A stretch of DNA of 64,000 nucleotides, taken from assembly GCA_963726455.1 (NCBI GenBank), contig CAVSCK010000005.1, positions 320,001 to 384,000 on the forward strand. Direction: 5' to 3'. Positions 38,054 to 51,191 of the stretch are shown piece after piece (within the stretch, counting starts at the first letter, position 1; each line of letters starts with the position of its first letter). The notes beneath the pieces were generated by a model. That model made no database searches. It saw nothing but the letters and a program-made list of their open reading frames with translations, and was not told the origin of the DNA. This stretch comes from an uncultured bacterium (GTDB lineage: Bacteria; Zixibacteria; MSB-5A5; CAIYYT01). A program made the translations under genes and the position numbers.

Positions 38054-40200
38054 GCGCTATCCATACCGTCGCCCGTCGCTTCACGGTGGCGCTGGCAGGC
38101 AATCCGAATTGCGGGAAAACCTCGGTCTTTAACGGCCTTACGGGCGCGCGGGCACGCGTGGGCAATTATGCCGGAGTGACGGTGGAGAAACGCAGCGCGG
38201 TTGTCGCCCATGACGGGCGCGAAATCGAGTACGTCGATCTACCGGGTGTGTATAGTCTGGCGGCGATCACACTGGACGAGTCGGCGGCACGCGATTTTAT
38301 CCTGCATGAGCATCCCGATCTGGTAGTGAATGTGGTCGACGCCGGCAATCTGGAGCGCAATTTGCAGCTGACTGCGCAGTTAATGGAAATGGGGGTGCCG
38401 CTGGTCATTGTGCTGAACATGTGGGACGAAGCGTCGCATCAGGGCGTACGCATCGATGAACGTGAGCTGTCTGAGCGTCTGCGCGCGCCGATCATCAAGA
38501 CGGTCGGTCACCGCGGCATTGGATTGGATCGCCTGCGACGTTTGGTGCGACAGATGCTCGACGGCGAAAACGACTCGACGTTCGCTTCGCCGATTAGTTA
38601 TGGAATAATCGTTGATCAGGAAATAGCGGCGATCTCCCGCCAAGTTGCGGCAACATCGTGTAATACCCTGCCGCCCCGCTGGTATGCGGTTAACCTGCTG
38701 GAAAATTCGGTCGTGCTCGAGGAGTTCGCCGAACTGTCATTGGTAGAAAAGGCAAGCATCCTCTCCCAGGTGTCGGCCTCGAAGAAGACGATCGAGCAGC
38801 ACTTGAAATCCAAATCAGATACTGCCATTGACAACGGCCGTTGTGAATACATCCGCCGGACGATTGCTGCAACGATGAGCCAGGGCGGCGACCGGATGGC
38901 GTTGTCGAACCGGATCGATGACATCGTAACGCATCGCATACTCGGATTTCCGATATTTCTGCTGGCGATGTGGCTGCTGTTCCAGGGAACTTTCGTGCTG
39001 GGCAAATATCCGGCCGATTGGATCAGTAAGGGCGTCGGCGTGATTTCGTCGTTGATTGCCGGAATATTGCCGGCTGGTTTTCTGTCGAATTTGTTGACGC
39101 AGGGGGTGATCGGCGGCGTTGGTTCGGTGCTGGTGTTTATGCCGAACATCATGATACTATTTCTCGGAGTGGCGATACTGGAAGATTCCGGTTATATGGC
39201 GCGCGCGGCGTTTATAATGGATCGTTTGATGCGTGTTCTGGGGCTTCAGGGTAAAGCGTTTATCCCGATGTTGATGGGTTTCGGGTGCAATGTGCCGGCG
39301 ATTATGGCGACGCGCACTTTGGAATCACGTCGTGACCGGATACTCACGATCCTGTTGATACCATTCATGTCCTGTTCGGCGCGGCTGGCAGTGTACGTGC
39401 TATTTGCGAGCGCGTTCTTTGCCCGAAGCGCGGGTAATGTGATTTTCCTGCTGTACTTGATGGGCGTCGGAATTGCGGTGTCTGTCGGATGGATTCTGCG
39501 GAAGACGTTATTTGCGGGCAAGAGTGTGCCTTTCATTATCGAGTTCCCTCCCTACCGGCGGCCTTCGCTTAAGACGGGCGCGTTGCACATGTGGGAACGC
39601 GGCAAGGTGTATTTGCACAAGATGGGCGGCGTCATTCTATTAGCGTCGGTGATATTATGGGTACTGGGAGCGTTTCCGAAAGCCAGCCACTATTCGCAAG
39701 ATTACGACGCGCAGATCGCGAATTTGCAGCAGTCAACCGACAGCGGCGCGCGCGAAAGCGTCGCGCGTCTACAGGCGGAAAAGTCAGCGGAGGACATGAG
39801 CTACTCGCTGGTCGGGCGAATCGGCCACGCGGTGGCGCCGGTGCTGCAACCAATGGGACTCAATTGGCAGATGGGAGTGGCACTGGTCACGGGATTTTTC
39901 GCCAAGGAAGTCGTGGTCTCGTCGATGGGTGTGCTCTACAAGGTAGGCGATCAATCGGATCCATCTTCGGCGGGACTGGTTAAAGCGCTACAGAACCCGG
40001 CCAACGGGATCACCCCATTGGCGGCGTTTGCGTTTCTCGTGTTCGTGCTGCTCTACACGCCTTGCGTATCGGTATTGATCACGGTGCGTCGAGAGATTGG
40101 CGCGCGCTGGATGGTTTACGGAGTACTGGCGCAGTTAGTGCTGGCCTGGATGATGGCGTTTTCGGTCTATCAGATCGGGCATTTGCTGGGGATTGGCTAA
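38050..40200 (+). CDS. feoB: Ferrous iron transport protein B
   Basis: GNPNCGKT, NYAGVTVE, DLPG, NMWD; GFGCNVPA, PFMSCSARL, AKEVVV, LYTPC. Confidence 0.98.
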   Translation: MSAIHTVARRFTVALAGNPNCGKTSVFNGLTGARARVGNYAGVTVEKRSAVVAHDGREIEYVDLPGVYSLAAITLDESAARDFILHEHPDLVVNVVDAGNLERNLQLTAQLMEMGVPLVIVLNMWDEASHQGVRIDERELSERLRAPIIKTVGHRGIGLDRLRRLVRQMLDGENDSTFASPISYGIIVDQEIAAISRQVAATSCNTLPPRWYAVNLLENSVVLEEFAELSLVEKASILSQVSASKKTIEQHLKSKSDTAIDNGRCEYIRRTIAATMSQGGDRMALSNRIDDIVTHRILGFPIFLLAMWLLFQGTFVLGKYPADWISKGVGVISSLIAGILPAGFLSNLLTQGVIGGVGSVLVFMPNIMILFLGVAILEDSGYMARAAFIMDRLMRVLGLQGKAFIPMLMGFGCNVPAIMATRTLESRRDRILTILLIPFMSCSARLAVYVLFASAFFARSAGNVIFLLYLMGVGIAVSVGWILRKTLFAGKSVPFIIEFPPYRRPSLKTGALHMWERGKVYLHKMGGVILLASVILWVLGAFPKASHYSQDYDAQIANLQQSTDSGARESVARLQAEKSAEDMSYSLVGRIGHAVAPVLQPMGLNWQMGVALVTGFFAKEVVVSSMGVLYKVGDQSDPSSAGLVKALQNPANGITPLAAFAFLVFVLLYTPCVSVLITVRREIGARWMVYGVLAQLVLAWMMAFSVYQIGHLLGIG

Positions 40201-40370
40201 CTTTCGATGATTTTAGGCGGGCTGGACGCTATCGCAGGAAAAAAGTCGGTGGGTCGATAATTGACGCAACTTTCCACCTCGAATTTAGTTATTATAGCCA
40301 TTTCAGACGACCGCATCACGCAAAGTGATTGACGGAAAAAGGCGAAATCTTATAATACCGAGTTATTGAT

Positions 40371-41570
40371 ATGACGGAATCGCGCCCTGACAATGTCGAT
40401 CTGTCGGCACTGAAGATCGACCGCAAGAAGAAGAACTCCGATGCCCCACGGCGTGGCCGAAAATGGCTGCACTTGCTCTGGCTGCTGGTGCCCGTGGCAG
40501 CCTATTTCGCTTATCAATTTACGGTGAAGTCGGTCGCACCGGCGGTCAAAGTTGAAGGTGCACGTGTTCAGTTACTCACCGGATCGGAATCAGCCGCCGA
40601 GTTGGTCGCCACCGGGTATGTCGTAGCCCAGGTAAAGGCGGCGGTGGCATCCAAAGGCACCGGCCGGCTGGAGAAGCTGATGGTCGAAGAGGGTGACAAA
40701 GTCACGGCGGGCGAGATACTGGCGATACTCGACAACAGCGATATCCGTGCGAGTCTTGATATGGCCAAGGCAAGTTTGCGGGCGGCACGTGCCGATTCGG
40801 TCAATGCGGCGATCACACTGAATCGCCAGAAGGAATTGCTAAAAAAAGACGCGACGACACAGGATGTGGTTGATGTTGCTCAGGCAGGATACGACCGGTC
40901 GGTTGCCAATATGGACGTGCAGCGGGCCTCGATCCAATCGGCAGAGGTGGCGCTGGAGAATACAATCATTCGCGCGCCATTTGACGGCACGGTGCTGACC
41001 AAGAACGCCGATGTCGGCGAAATGGTGGCGCCGTTTGCGTCGGCGTCATCCTCCAAAGGCGCCGTGGTAACGATTGCGGACATGTCGTCGCTGGAAGTCG
41101 AGGCCGATGTATCGGAATCGAATATTTACAAAGTCAAAGTCGGGCAGCCGTGCGAGATCGTGCTGGATGCCTATCCGGGTGTAAGATATCTGGGCTTTGT
41201 CAAGAAGATCGTGCCGACGGCAGATCGGTCGCGGGCGACGGTCATGGTCAAGATTGGTTTCAAGAATATTGATGACAAAGTGCTTCCGGAAATGTCGTCG
41301 CGAGTGAATTTTCTGCCGCCGACGGAGCAACTGGCGTCCGCAGAAGAAAAACCGACTTTGGTAGTGGCAAAGGAAGCGATTACGTCGCGCGGCCAAGGCA
41401 AAGTAGTATTCAAGATAGCGGGCGAATATGTGCAACAGACGCCGATCGAAACGGGACGTGAGTTGGGGAAAGTGACGGAGATTATTTCCGGGCTTGCGGT
41501 CGGCGATCTGGTGGTAATGTCGCCGCCGGGTGGAATGAAGACGGGCGACAAAGTGGAATTGACGAGGTAA
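40371..41570 (+). CDS. Efflux periplasmic adaptor (MacA-like membrane fusion protein)
   Basis: Single TM helix; lipoyl motifs VEEGDKV and IRAPFDG; VEADVSE. Confidence 0.93.
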   Translation: MTESRPDNVDLSALKIDRKKKNSDAPRRGRKWLHLLWLLVPVAAYFAYQFTVKSVAPAVKVEGARVQLLTGSESAAELVATGYVVAQVKAAVASKGTGRLEKLMVEEGDKVTAGEILAILDNSDIRASLDMAKASLRAARADSVNAAITLNRQKELLKKDATTQDVVDVAQAGYDRSVANMDVQRASIQSAEVALENTIIRAPFDGTVLTKNADVGEMVAPFASASSSKGAVVTIADMSSLEVEADVSESNIYKVKVGQPCEIVLDAYPGVRYLGFVKKIVPTADRSRATVMVKIGFKNIDDKVLPEMSSRVNFLPPTEQLASAEEKPTLVVAKEAITSRGQGKVVFKIAGEYVQQTPIETGRELGKVTEIISGLAVGDLVVMSPPGGMKTGDKVELTR

Positions 41571-41572
41571 AC

Positions 41573-42262
41573 ATGAGTGAGAAAACTTCGAACGAAATTC
41601 TAGTACAGGTCAGAAACGTCAGCAAGTCATACTATCGTGATTCGCTGGAAATTCCGGTGTTGCACAATATCAGTTTCGATATACCGCGCGGTGAATTTCT
41701 GGCGTTGATGGGACCATCCGGTTCTGGCAAGACGACCCTGTTGAATCTGCTTTCCGGAATCGACAAGCCAAGTTCGGGCGATTTAGTCGTCGGCGGCGAG
41801 AATGTCTCCAGACTGAACGAAGGGCAACTGGCGAGATGGCGCTCCGAACATATCGGGCTGGTGTTTCAGTTCTACAACCTGCTGCCGGTGCTGACGGCGT
41901 TCGAGAATGTCGAGTTACCGTTGTTGCTCACCAAATTGAGTAAAGCGGAGCGGCGTAAACATGTGGAGACAGCGCTGGCGATCGTTGGTTTGGCGGACCG
42001 CATTGATCATTATCCAAGGCAACTTTCGGGCGGACAGGAACAACGAGTGGCGATTGCGCGGGCAATAGTGTCCGATCCGACGCTCCTGCTGGCAGACGAG
42101 CCGACCGGTGATTTGGACAAGCAATCGGCTGAAGATATCATGACGCTGTTGTCGCGGCTGAATAAAGAATTCGATAAGACCATTATCATGGTGACACACG
42201 ATCCGCGTGCCGCCGACAAAGCACATTTGATTCGCCATCTCGACAAGGGAGAACTTGCCTGA
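41573..42262 (+). CDS. ABC transporter ATP-binding protein (MacB/LolD type)
   Basis: GPSGSGKT, LSGGQEQRVAIARA, LADEPTGDLD, VTHD. Confidence 0.96.
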   Translation: MSEKTSNEILVQVRNVSKSYYRDSLEIPVLHNISFDIPRGEFLALMGPSGSGKTTLLNLLSGIDKPSSGDLVVGGENVSRLNEGQLARWRSEHIGLVFQFYNLLPVLTAFENVELPLLLTKLSKAERRKHVETALAIVGLADRIDHYPRQLSGGQEQRVAIARAIVSDPTLLLADEPTGDLDKQSAEDIMTLLSRLNKEFDKTIIMVTHDPRAADKAHLIRHLDKGELA

Positions 42263-43419
42263 TGATGGTCTTTCGCCTGATTATCAGGAATGCGCTGCGG
42301 CACAAACTGCGGACGTTTCTGACGATTCTCGGAGTAGCGGTAGCGGTAATGGCGTTTGGCCTGATTCGGACAATTCTGGCCGCCTGGTACAGCCAGGTAG
42401 AATCGTCCTCGCCCGATCGTCTGGTAACGCGAAACTTAGTGTCGATCATTTTCCCACTGCCGTTGTCATACCGCGAACAGATCCTGAAAATCGACGGTGT
42501 CAAGCAGGTTACATACGCAAACTGGTTTGGCGGGACGTACATCAACCCCGACAATTTCTTCCCCCAATTTGCGGTCGATAAGGACACCTATTTTGAAGTG
42601 TTTCCCGAGTTCGTGACTCCGCCGGATCAATTCGAGGCGTGGAAGAACGATCTGCGCGGCGCGATCGCCGGCCGAAAACTGGCGGATCGGTTCGGTTGGA
42701 AGGTTGGCGATCACATCACGCTGATCGGAACCGTATTCTCAGGCGACTGGGATTTCGACCTCGTGGGAATTTACACCGGCAAGGACCAGACGATTGACGA
42801 AGGCAGCATGTTCATACGCTGGGATTACATGGATGAATGGATTAAGAAGAACTGGCCGGGTTATGGGGCGTGGGTCGGCTGGTATGGCCTCAAGTTGAGC
42901 GATCCCGGCAAGGCGACTGAGGTGACCAAGACAATTGACGCGCGCTTTAAGAACTCCTCCTCAGAAACGCTTACTGAGACGGAGAAGGCGTTCGCGCTGA
43001 GTTTCGTGCAGATGTCGGGCGAAATACTGGTGCTGCTGCAGGTGATGTCGGTTCTGATCATCGGGATTATTCTGATGGTGCTGGTTAACACGATGGGAAT
43101 GGCGGGCCGCGAGCGCACAGCGGAACATGCCTATATGAAATCGATGGGTTTTCGCGGGTTCCACCTGATCGGAATAATCGGCGGCGAGTCATTATTGATT
43201 GCTGCGCTTGGTGGCGGCCTGGGGTTGCTGCTGCTGGCGGGTGTAACGAACATCGTGAAATCAGCGGTGGCCATGTGGTTCCCGGTGTTTAATGTCACCT
43301 TGGCAACCTTCGTGCTGGTGGTCACGGTGGCTATCGTGGTTGGATTGTTGGCGGCCATCTTCCCGGCGCAACGAGCCGTGCGGATGAAGATCGTCGATGG
43401 ATTAAGAGTAGTTGACTGA
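42262..43419 (+). CDS. ABC transporter permease (MacB/FtsX type)
   Basis: RNALRHKLRTFLTILG; periplasmic domain; three C-terminal TM helices. Confidence 0.93.
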   Translation: MMVFRLIIRNALRHKLRTFLTILGVAVAVMAFGLIRTILAAWYSQVESSSPDRLVTRNLVSIIFPLPLSYREQILKIDGVKQVTYANWFGGTYINPDNFFPQFAVDKDTYFEVFPEFVTPPDQFEAWKNDLRGAIAGRKLADRFGWKVGDHITLIGTVFSGDWDFDLVGIYTGKDQTIDEGSMFIRWDYMDEWIKKNWPGYGAWVGWYGLKLSDPGKATEVTKTIDARFKNSSSETLTETEKAFALSFVQMSGEILVLLQVMSVLIIGIILMVLVNTMGMAGRERTAEHAYMKSMGFRGFHLIGIIGGESLLIAALGGGLGLLLLAGVTNIVKSAVAMWFPVFNVTLATFVLVVTVAIVVGLLAAIFPAQRAVRMKIVDGLRVVD

Positions 43420-43429
43420 GGGATAATTC

Positions 43430-44593
43430 GTGATACCGGCAAGCTATACATTCAGGAATCTGTGGAATCATAAGGTAACGTCGGCGCTGACGCTCTTCGG
43501 CATTACGCTGGTTGTATTTGTATTCGCGGCAGTTCTGATGCTGGCGGATGGAATGATCAAGACGCTGGTGTCATCGGGAGCCGACGACAACGTGATAGTG
43601 ACACGTAAGGCCTCGCAGACGGAAGTCATGTCGGTGTTATTTCGCGATCAGGCGGATATAGTCAGCACTTACCCGGAAATCAAGACCGGCGCCGATGGGC
43701 TGCCGATGTATACCAATGAGCTATACGTGCTGATCGCACTGGACAAACGAACCGGTGTGGGCAATTCCAACGTAGTCGTGCGGGGAGTGACCGACCAGTC
43801 GATGGCGCTGCGACCAAACGTGCACCTGATCGAAGGACGGATGTGGAAGCCGGGCACGGCCGAGGTTATTGCCGGCAAAGCGGTCGCGAAGAAATTCAAA
43901 GGTTGTGGCCTTGGAGAAACGGTCAGGTTCAGTTCGCGTGATTGGACGGTGGTCGGGATATTTGACGCCGGCGGATCGGCGTTCGACTCGGAAATCTGGG
44001 GCGACATCGACCAGATGATGGACGCTTTTCGACGCCCGGTTTATTCCTCGGTGACCTTCAAGCTGGCGGATGCGACGAAGTTTGATGCGGTCAAGCAGCG
44101 TGTTGAAGGCGACCGGCGTCTGTCTTTGGATGTCAAACATGAGAAAGAATATTATGCCGATCAGTCGCGCAGCACGACGAGCTTCATTAAGATCGTGGGC
44201 ATGGTGATTTGTATTGTCTTCAGTTTCGGCGCGATCATCGGCGCGATGATCACGATGTATGCCGCGGTGGCAAAACGCACCAAGGAAATCGGGACTTTGC
44301 GGTCGCTCGGATTTTCGCGCTCGGCCATTCTCAATACATTCCTCTTTGAGTCGATAGTCATAGCTATCGTCGGCGGCGTACTGGGGCTGGTCGCCGCATC
44401 GTTTCTGGACCTGATTACGATTTCCACGACGAATTTCAACACCATGTCGGAACTGGCCTTCAACTTCAGTATGACGGTTCGGACGGCGATGTTTTCGATG
44501 GTGTTTGCGCTGCTCATGGGAATCGTGGGCGGGTTCCTGCCGGCGGTGCGTGCTTCACGCTTCAAGATCGTCGACGCCTTGCGCGCGACTTAA
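43430..44593 (+). CDS. ABC transporter permease (MacB/FtsX type)
   Basis: RTKEIGTLRSLGF and PAVRAS; four-TM topology. Confidence 0.93.
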   Translation: MIPASYTFRNLWNHKVTSALTLFGITLVVFVFAAVLMLADGMIKTLVSSGADDNVIVTRKASQTEVMSVLFRDQADIVSTYPEIKTGADGLPMYTNELYVLIALDKRTGVGNSNVVVRGVTDQSMALRPNVHLIEGRMWKPGTAEVIAGKAVAKKFKGCGLGETVRFSSRDWTVVGIFDAGGSAFDSEIWGDIDQMMDAFRRPVYSSVTFKLADATKFDAVKQRVEGDRRLSLDVKHEKEYYADQSRSTTSFIKIVGMVICIVFSFGAIIGAMITMYAAVAKRTKEIGTLRSLGFSRSAILNTFLFESIVIAIVGGVLGLVAASFLDLITISTTNFNTMSELAFNFSMTVRTAMFSMVFALLMGIVGGFLPAVRASRFKIVDALRAT

Positions 44594-44712
44594 GCCATCA
44601 CGGGGGCGACTTTAGACCGTATCTCTGAAGATGAGCGTTTTCAATTCGTTCCGTCTAACATTCAAAGCTGTCATGCCGATATCAAGACTATGACTCAAAC
44701 TCAGGAGTAACT

Positions 44713-46899
<2,187 letters not shown>

Positions 46900-47571
46900 C
46901 CAGCAAGCGCGATATCATCGACCGGGCGTGCGTCGCAGGCCAGTATAGTTTGTCGCAACGCGGACAATAGAAGATGCGGGGCTGCGTATCGGCGACGAAT
47001 TTCCACAACCTGTCGCGGAATTTCTCCTTATCAGCTTTCTCAAGTAGCTCGTTGCATTCCAGACAGCGAGTCAAGAAGTTACCGGCTTCAAGCTGCAATC
47101 CAAAGGCCGTCACGACGGAACGGAATTGCTCGAACGGATCGTCAGCGGCCAAGTGAAAGAACTGATCGGCCAATCGTAATTCGCCAAATTGGGAATTACG
47201 AGATAAGATCATGCGGTTTTCCTCTTTGGAGATACTCAGTACCGCCGACAGGTCGTCCTTCTTGACGTAAGCGGTGTCGAATCCCGCCATTCGCAGAAAG
47301 CGTGCGAGTTTGCCGACCGTGCTATCACAGACGAAACGCATAAACCACTTGAGATTAGTGCCATACCTGCTATGTTGTTTAAGTAAATGTACGGAAGGTG
47401 ATTCTGGTGTCAAGGAGCCAGATGTTCCGCGCTATGGTGTTTTTGGCCGACGCGAAAATGAACACAAAGAGTCACGCAAGATTTCCTATGTGATCGTACA
47501 CCTTAGAGGCGTTAGAAGAGATAGAGTTGTGTTCGAACTTCGAACGAAAAGACTGGGTTGATTGATACTCC

Positions 47572-49410
47572 GTGGCTAATCTGAATCCGTTTGCGCGACA
47601 ACAGACTATACTGAAATACTACCGCAAGTATCGCGCCTATTACATTTGGGGCTTCCTGGTGCTGGCCGGATCAAGCGGCTTAGCTGTGCTGGCTCCGTTG
47701 CTGCTCAAGGAAGGTGTCGATGCGGTGACCTTTATCGTGACGGCAGGCGCCGGCAGTTTCCGCCCAAAGCTTCTGTGGTATCCTGACGTAGCGATCTATA
47801 GTGCGCTGTCCGACGCAGTCAAATCCCTGTTGTTGAAATACGCTTTGGCGATCATCGTCCTGGCGGCAATCTCAGGTGTGTTCCGTTTCTGGGCACGGCG
47901 GACAATCATCTGGGGATCGCGGCACATCGAGTACGACTTGCGCAATGAGTTGTTCGGGCACCTGCTCAAATTGTCGGCGACCTACTACAACCGCACTCCC
48001 ACCGGTGACATCATTGCCAGAGGATCTAACGACATCGAAGCCGTGCGAATGATGGTCGGCCCGGCAATTATGCAGTTTGCGAACACGATTATCATTGCCT
48101 TACTGGCATTCGTGTCGATGGTGATTATCTCGCCCCGCTTGACCCTGTATTCCCTGCTGCCACTGCCGCTATTATCGCTAACCATGTGGCTGGTCGGGCA
48201 ACAGATACACCGGCGGTTCATGAAGATTCAGGATCATTTCTCCAAAATGTCGGCCTTCGTTCAGGAATCGTTGGCGGGAATCAGGGTGGTCAAGGCGTTT
48301 AGGCGTGAAGCGCATCGCGAGGATCGATTCAAGGATGTCAACCGCGAGTATGTGCGGCTGAACATGAGACTGGCAAAACTCAGGGCGCTGTTTATGCCGA
48401 CGATTCAGATTCTGATCGGCATGGTGACGTTGATTGTGTTGCTTGCGGGAGGATACCAGGTTATCCACAAGTCGATCACGCTGGGCGAATTCGTGGCGTT
48501 CATGGTGTATCTGCGGATGTTGATTTGGCCGATGCTGGCGATCGGCTGGGTGATTTCACTTTATCAACGCGGCACGGCATCACTGGAACGTATCGACGCA
48601 GTGTTGCACGAAGTGCCGGATGTTTTCGATGGCGCGCAACTTGCGAAAGCGGTTGGTGAGGGCGCGATCCGCTACGAACACCTTTCGTTTACCTACCCGA
48701 ACACAGAGCGCCAGGTACTGCATGATATCAACTTCGAAATCGAGCCGGGCGAGATTGTGGCCATCGTTGGGCCGACGGGATCGGGCAAGTCGACTTTGAT
48801 TTCGCTGCTGGTGCGCAAGTATCCGGTGGCAGATGGCGCGATATTTATCGATGGAACCGACGTCAACCGGATGGCGCTTGATGATCTGCGGACGATGGTC
48901 GGGCTGGTGGCGCAGGACCCCTATTTGTTTTCCGATACGGTAGCGGCGAACATTGCGTTCTCGCAAGGCGAGATTGACCAACGAGCCGTGCACGATGCCG
49001 CAGTCAGGTCGGCGCTGGACAAGGAGGTTGATTCGTTCCCGAACGGCTACGATACGATACTCGGTGAGCGCGGAATAACATTGTCGGGCGGCCAGAAACA
49101 ACGGGCCGCAATTGCCCGGGCGCTATTGAAGAAACCGGCGATCATTGTTTTCGACGATGCGTTTTCGTCGGTCGATACGCAGACGGAGGAACTGATACTG
49201 GAGCATCTATCGTCTCTCGATCACAAAATGACAACGCTTCTCATAAGCCATCGTCCCTCCACCATCCGGCGCGCCGATCGAATTCTGGTTCTTGACCGCG
49301 GCACGATTGTCGAGTCGGGCACACACGACGAGTTGATTGCGCGCCAGGGTCGGTACTACGAGATCATCCGCCGCGAACTTCTGGCCAGTGAATTGGAGTC
49401 GTTGAACTAG
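47572..49410 (+). CDS. Heterodimeric ABC exporter subunit A (MdlA/YheI-like)
   Basis: TM domain; GPTGSGKS, LSGGQKQR, degenerate Walker B FDDAFS. Confidence 0.95.
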   Translation: MANLNPFARQQTILKYYRKYRAYYIWGFLVLAGSSGLAVLAPLLLKEGVDAVTFIVTAGAGSFRPKLLWYPDVAIYSALSDAVKSLLLKYALAIIVLAAISGVFRFWARRTIIWGSRHIEYDLRNELFGHLLKLSATYYNRTPTGDIIARGSNDIEAVRMMVGPAIMQFANTIIIALLAFVSMVIISPRLTLYSLLPLPLLSLTMWLVGQQIHRRFMKIQDHFSKMSAFVQESLAGIRVVKAFRREAHREDRFKDVNREYVRLNMRLAKLRALFMPTIQILIGMVTLIVLLAGGYQVIHKSITLGEFVAFMVYLRMLIWPMLAIGWVISLYQRGTASLERIDAVLHEVPDVFDGAQLAKAVGEGAIRYEHLSFTYPNTERQVLHDINFEIEPGEIVAIVGPTGSGKSTLISLLVRKYPVADGAIFIDGTDVNRMALDDLRTMVGLVAQDPYLFSDTVAANIAFSQGEIDQRAVHDAAVRSALDKEVDSFPNGYDTILGERGITLSGGQKQRAAIARALLKKPAIIVFDDAFSSVDTQTEELILEHLSSLDHKMTTLLISHRPSTIRRADRILVLDRGTIVESGTHDELIARQGRYYEIIRRELLASELESLN

Positions 49411-49412
49411 CT

Positions 49413-51191
49413 ATGAGTGACTACCGCGAAGAAGACAAGCTCGGCAAGGCGTACGATTCCAAGTTGATGAAGCGGCTGCTGACCTATCTGGGGCCGTACC
49501 GCAAGTTCGTCGCGCTCGCACTCGTTCTGCTGTTGATCAGCGCCGCCTTTGGACTCGCGGGGCCGTACCTGCTCAAGATTGCGGTCGACAGTAATATCGC
49601 CACGGGCGATTACGACGGCCTGCTGTTGATCGGGGGAATTTACTTGCTCGTGCTGTTCGTGCAATTCGTCGCGGGATTCAGCCAGATCTACATCATGGAG
49701 TGGATCGGGCAACAGGCGATGTTCGATTTGCGGCGGCAGGTGTTTGGCCACATTCAGTCGATGCATCTGCAATTTTTCGACAAGAATCCTTCCGGCAGAC
49801 TGCTCACCCGAGTGACCACAGATGTCAACGCGTTGAATGAATTGTTTGCCTCGGGAGTAGTGGAAATACTCGGCAATATCGTAACGCTGGCCGGAGTGAT
49901 GTTCGCGATGTATTACATCTCACCGCGATTGGCGCTGATCACGTTTCTGGTAATTCCACTTATTTTCACGGCCACGATGATATTTCGCAACAAAGTGAGA
50001 GACGCCTATCGGCAAATCAGAATCATCATTGCCAGACTGAATGCGTACACGCAGGAGCATCTGGCGGGCATTAACGAAGTCCACGCCTTCGTGCAGGAGA
50101 AGAAGGTGATGGGACGGTTCCGCGATATCAACGGCGACTTGCGCGCGCAAAACCAGCGATCGATCTATTACTACGCCATCTTCTTCCCGGTGGTGGAATT
50201 GATCGGCGCAGTGGCGACCGCGTTGATTCTGTGGTACGGCGGCGGATCCGTAGTGCAGCAGGCGGTGAGTATCGGTACACTGGTGGCGTTCCTGCAATAC
50301 GTGGAAATGTTTTTCCGTCCGATGCGCGATCTCGCAGAAAACTATAACGTGCTGCAATCGGCGATGGCGGCGTCCGAGCGAATCTTCAAGGTGTTGGACA
50401 CACAAGCCGAAGTGACAGCGCCGGCAGAACCAAAGTCGCTGAATGGCTTCGCGGGCAATATCGATTTTGAGCAGGTCAATTTCTCGTACGATAAAGACAA
50501 CCGGATATTGCATGACATCAATTTCCGGGTCAGGCCGGGCGAAAAGATAGCGCTCGTCGGCGCAACCGGCGCAGGCAAGAGTTCGACTGTGGGACTGTTG
50601 TGCAGGTTCTATGACGCGGGGTCGGGCAAAATCAAGTTAGATGGCATCGATATTGACGAGCTTGATCCGAAGGAATTGCGTAACCATTTCGGATTGGTTT
50701 CGCAGGATATCTTCTTATTCTCAGGCACTATCAGAGATAATATCTCGCTGGGGGCCGAGGATATTACGGAGGCACAGGTAAAGAAGGCAGCGGAACAGGT
50801 TGGACTGTGGCCGTTCATTAACCGGTTGGAGCGCGGCCTGGATCACAATGTCGGCGAACGCGGCAGTTCGCTGTCGGTTGGACAGCGCCAGTTGATCAGT
50901 TTTGCGCGGGCATTGGTGCGCAATCCGAAGGTGCTGATTCTGGACGAGGCAACGTCATCGGTGGATAATGAGACCGAACAGGTCATCCAGCAGGCAGTCA
51001 AGAAGATGTTCGAGGGAAGAACTTCGGTGATCGTGGCACATCGCCTTTCGACGATCAAGGAAGCGGACAAGATATTGGTGTTTCATAAGGGGCGGATCGT
51101 CGAAGAAGGCAGACACGAGGAATTGTTGCGCCAGCGTGGTGTCTACTGGAGATTGTACCAGCTTCAGTATCAGGATCAGGAGGTGGTGTGA
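49413..51191 (+). CDS. Heterodimeric ABC exporter subunit B (MdlB/YheH-like)
   Basis: TM domain; GATGAGKS, LSVGQRQ, LDEATS, AHRLST. Confidence 0.95.
   Translation: MSDYREEDKLGKAYDSKLMKRLLTYLGPYRKFVALALVLLLISAAFGLAGPYLLKIAVDSNIATGDYDGLLLIGGIYLLVLFVQFVAGFSQIYIMEWIGQQAMFDLRRQVFGHIQSMHLQFFDKNPSGRLLTRVTTDVNALNELFASGVVEILGNIVTLAGVMFAMYYISPRLALITFLVIPLIFTATMIFRNKVRDAYRQIRIIIARLNAYTQEHLAGINEVHAFVQEKKVMGRFRDINGDLRAQNQRSIYYYAIFFPVVELIGAVATALILWYGGGSVVQQAVSIGTLVAFLQYVEMFFRPMRDLAENYNVLQSAMAASERIFKVLDTQAEVTAPAEPKSLNGFAGNIDFEQVNFSYDKDNRILHDINFRVRPGEKIALVGATGAGKSSTVGLLCRFYDAGSGKIKLDGIDIDELDPKELRNHFGLVSQDIFLFSGTIRDNISLGAEDITEAQVKKAAEQVGLWPFINRLERGLDHNVGERGSSLSVGQRQLISFARALVRNPKVLILDEATSSVDNETEQVIQQAVKKMFEGRTSVIVAHRLSTIKEADKILVFHKGRIVEEGRHEELLRQRGVYWRLYQLQYQDQEVV

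Noticed and set aside
49080-50960. Degenerate ABC motifs (FDDAFS, LSVGQ)
   Set aside because: Normal asymmetry of heterodimeric exporters.
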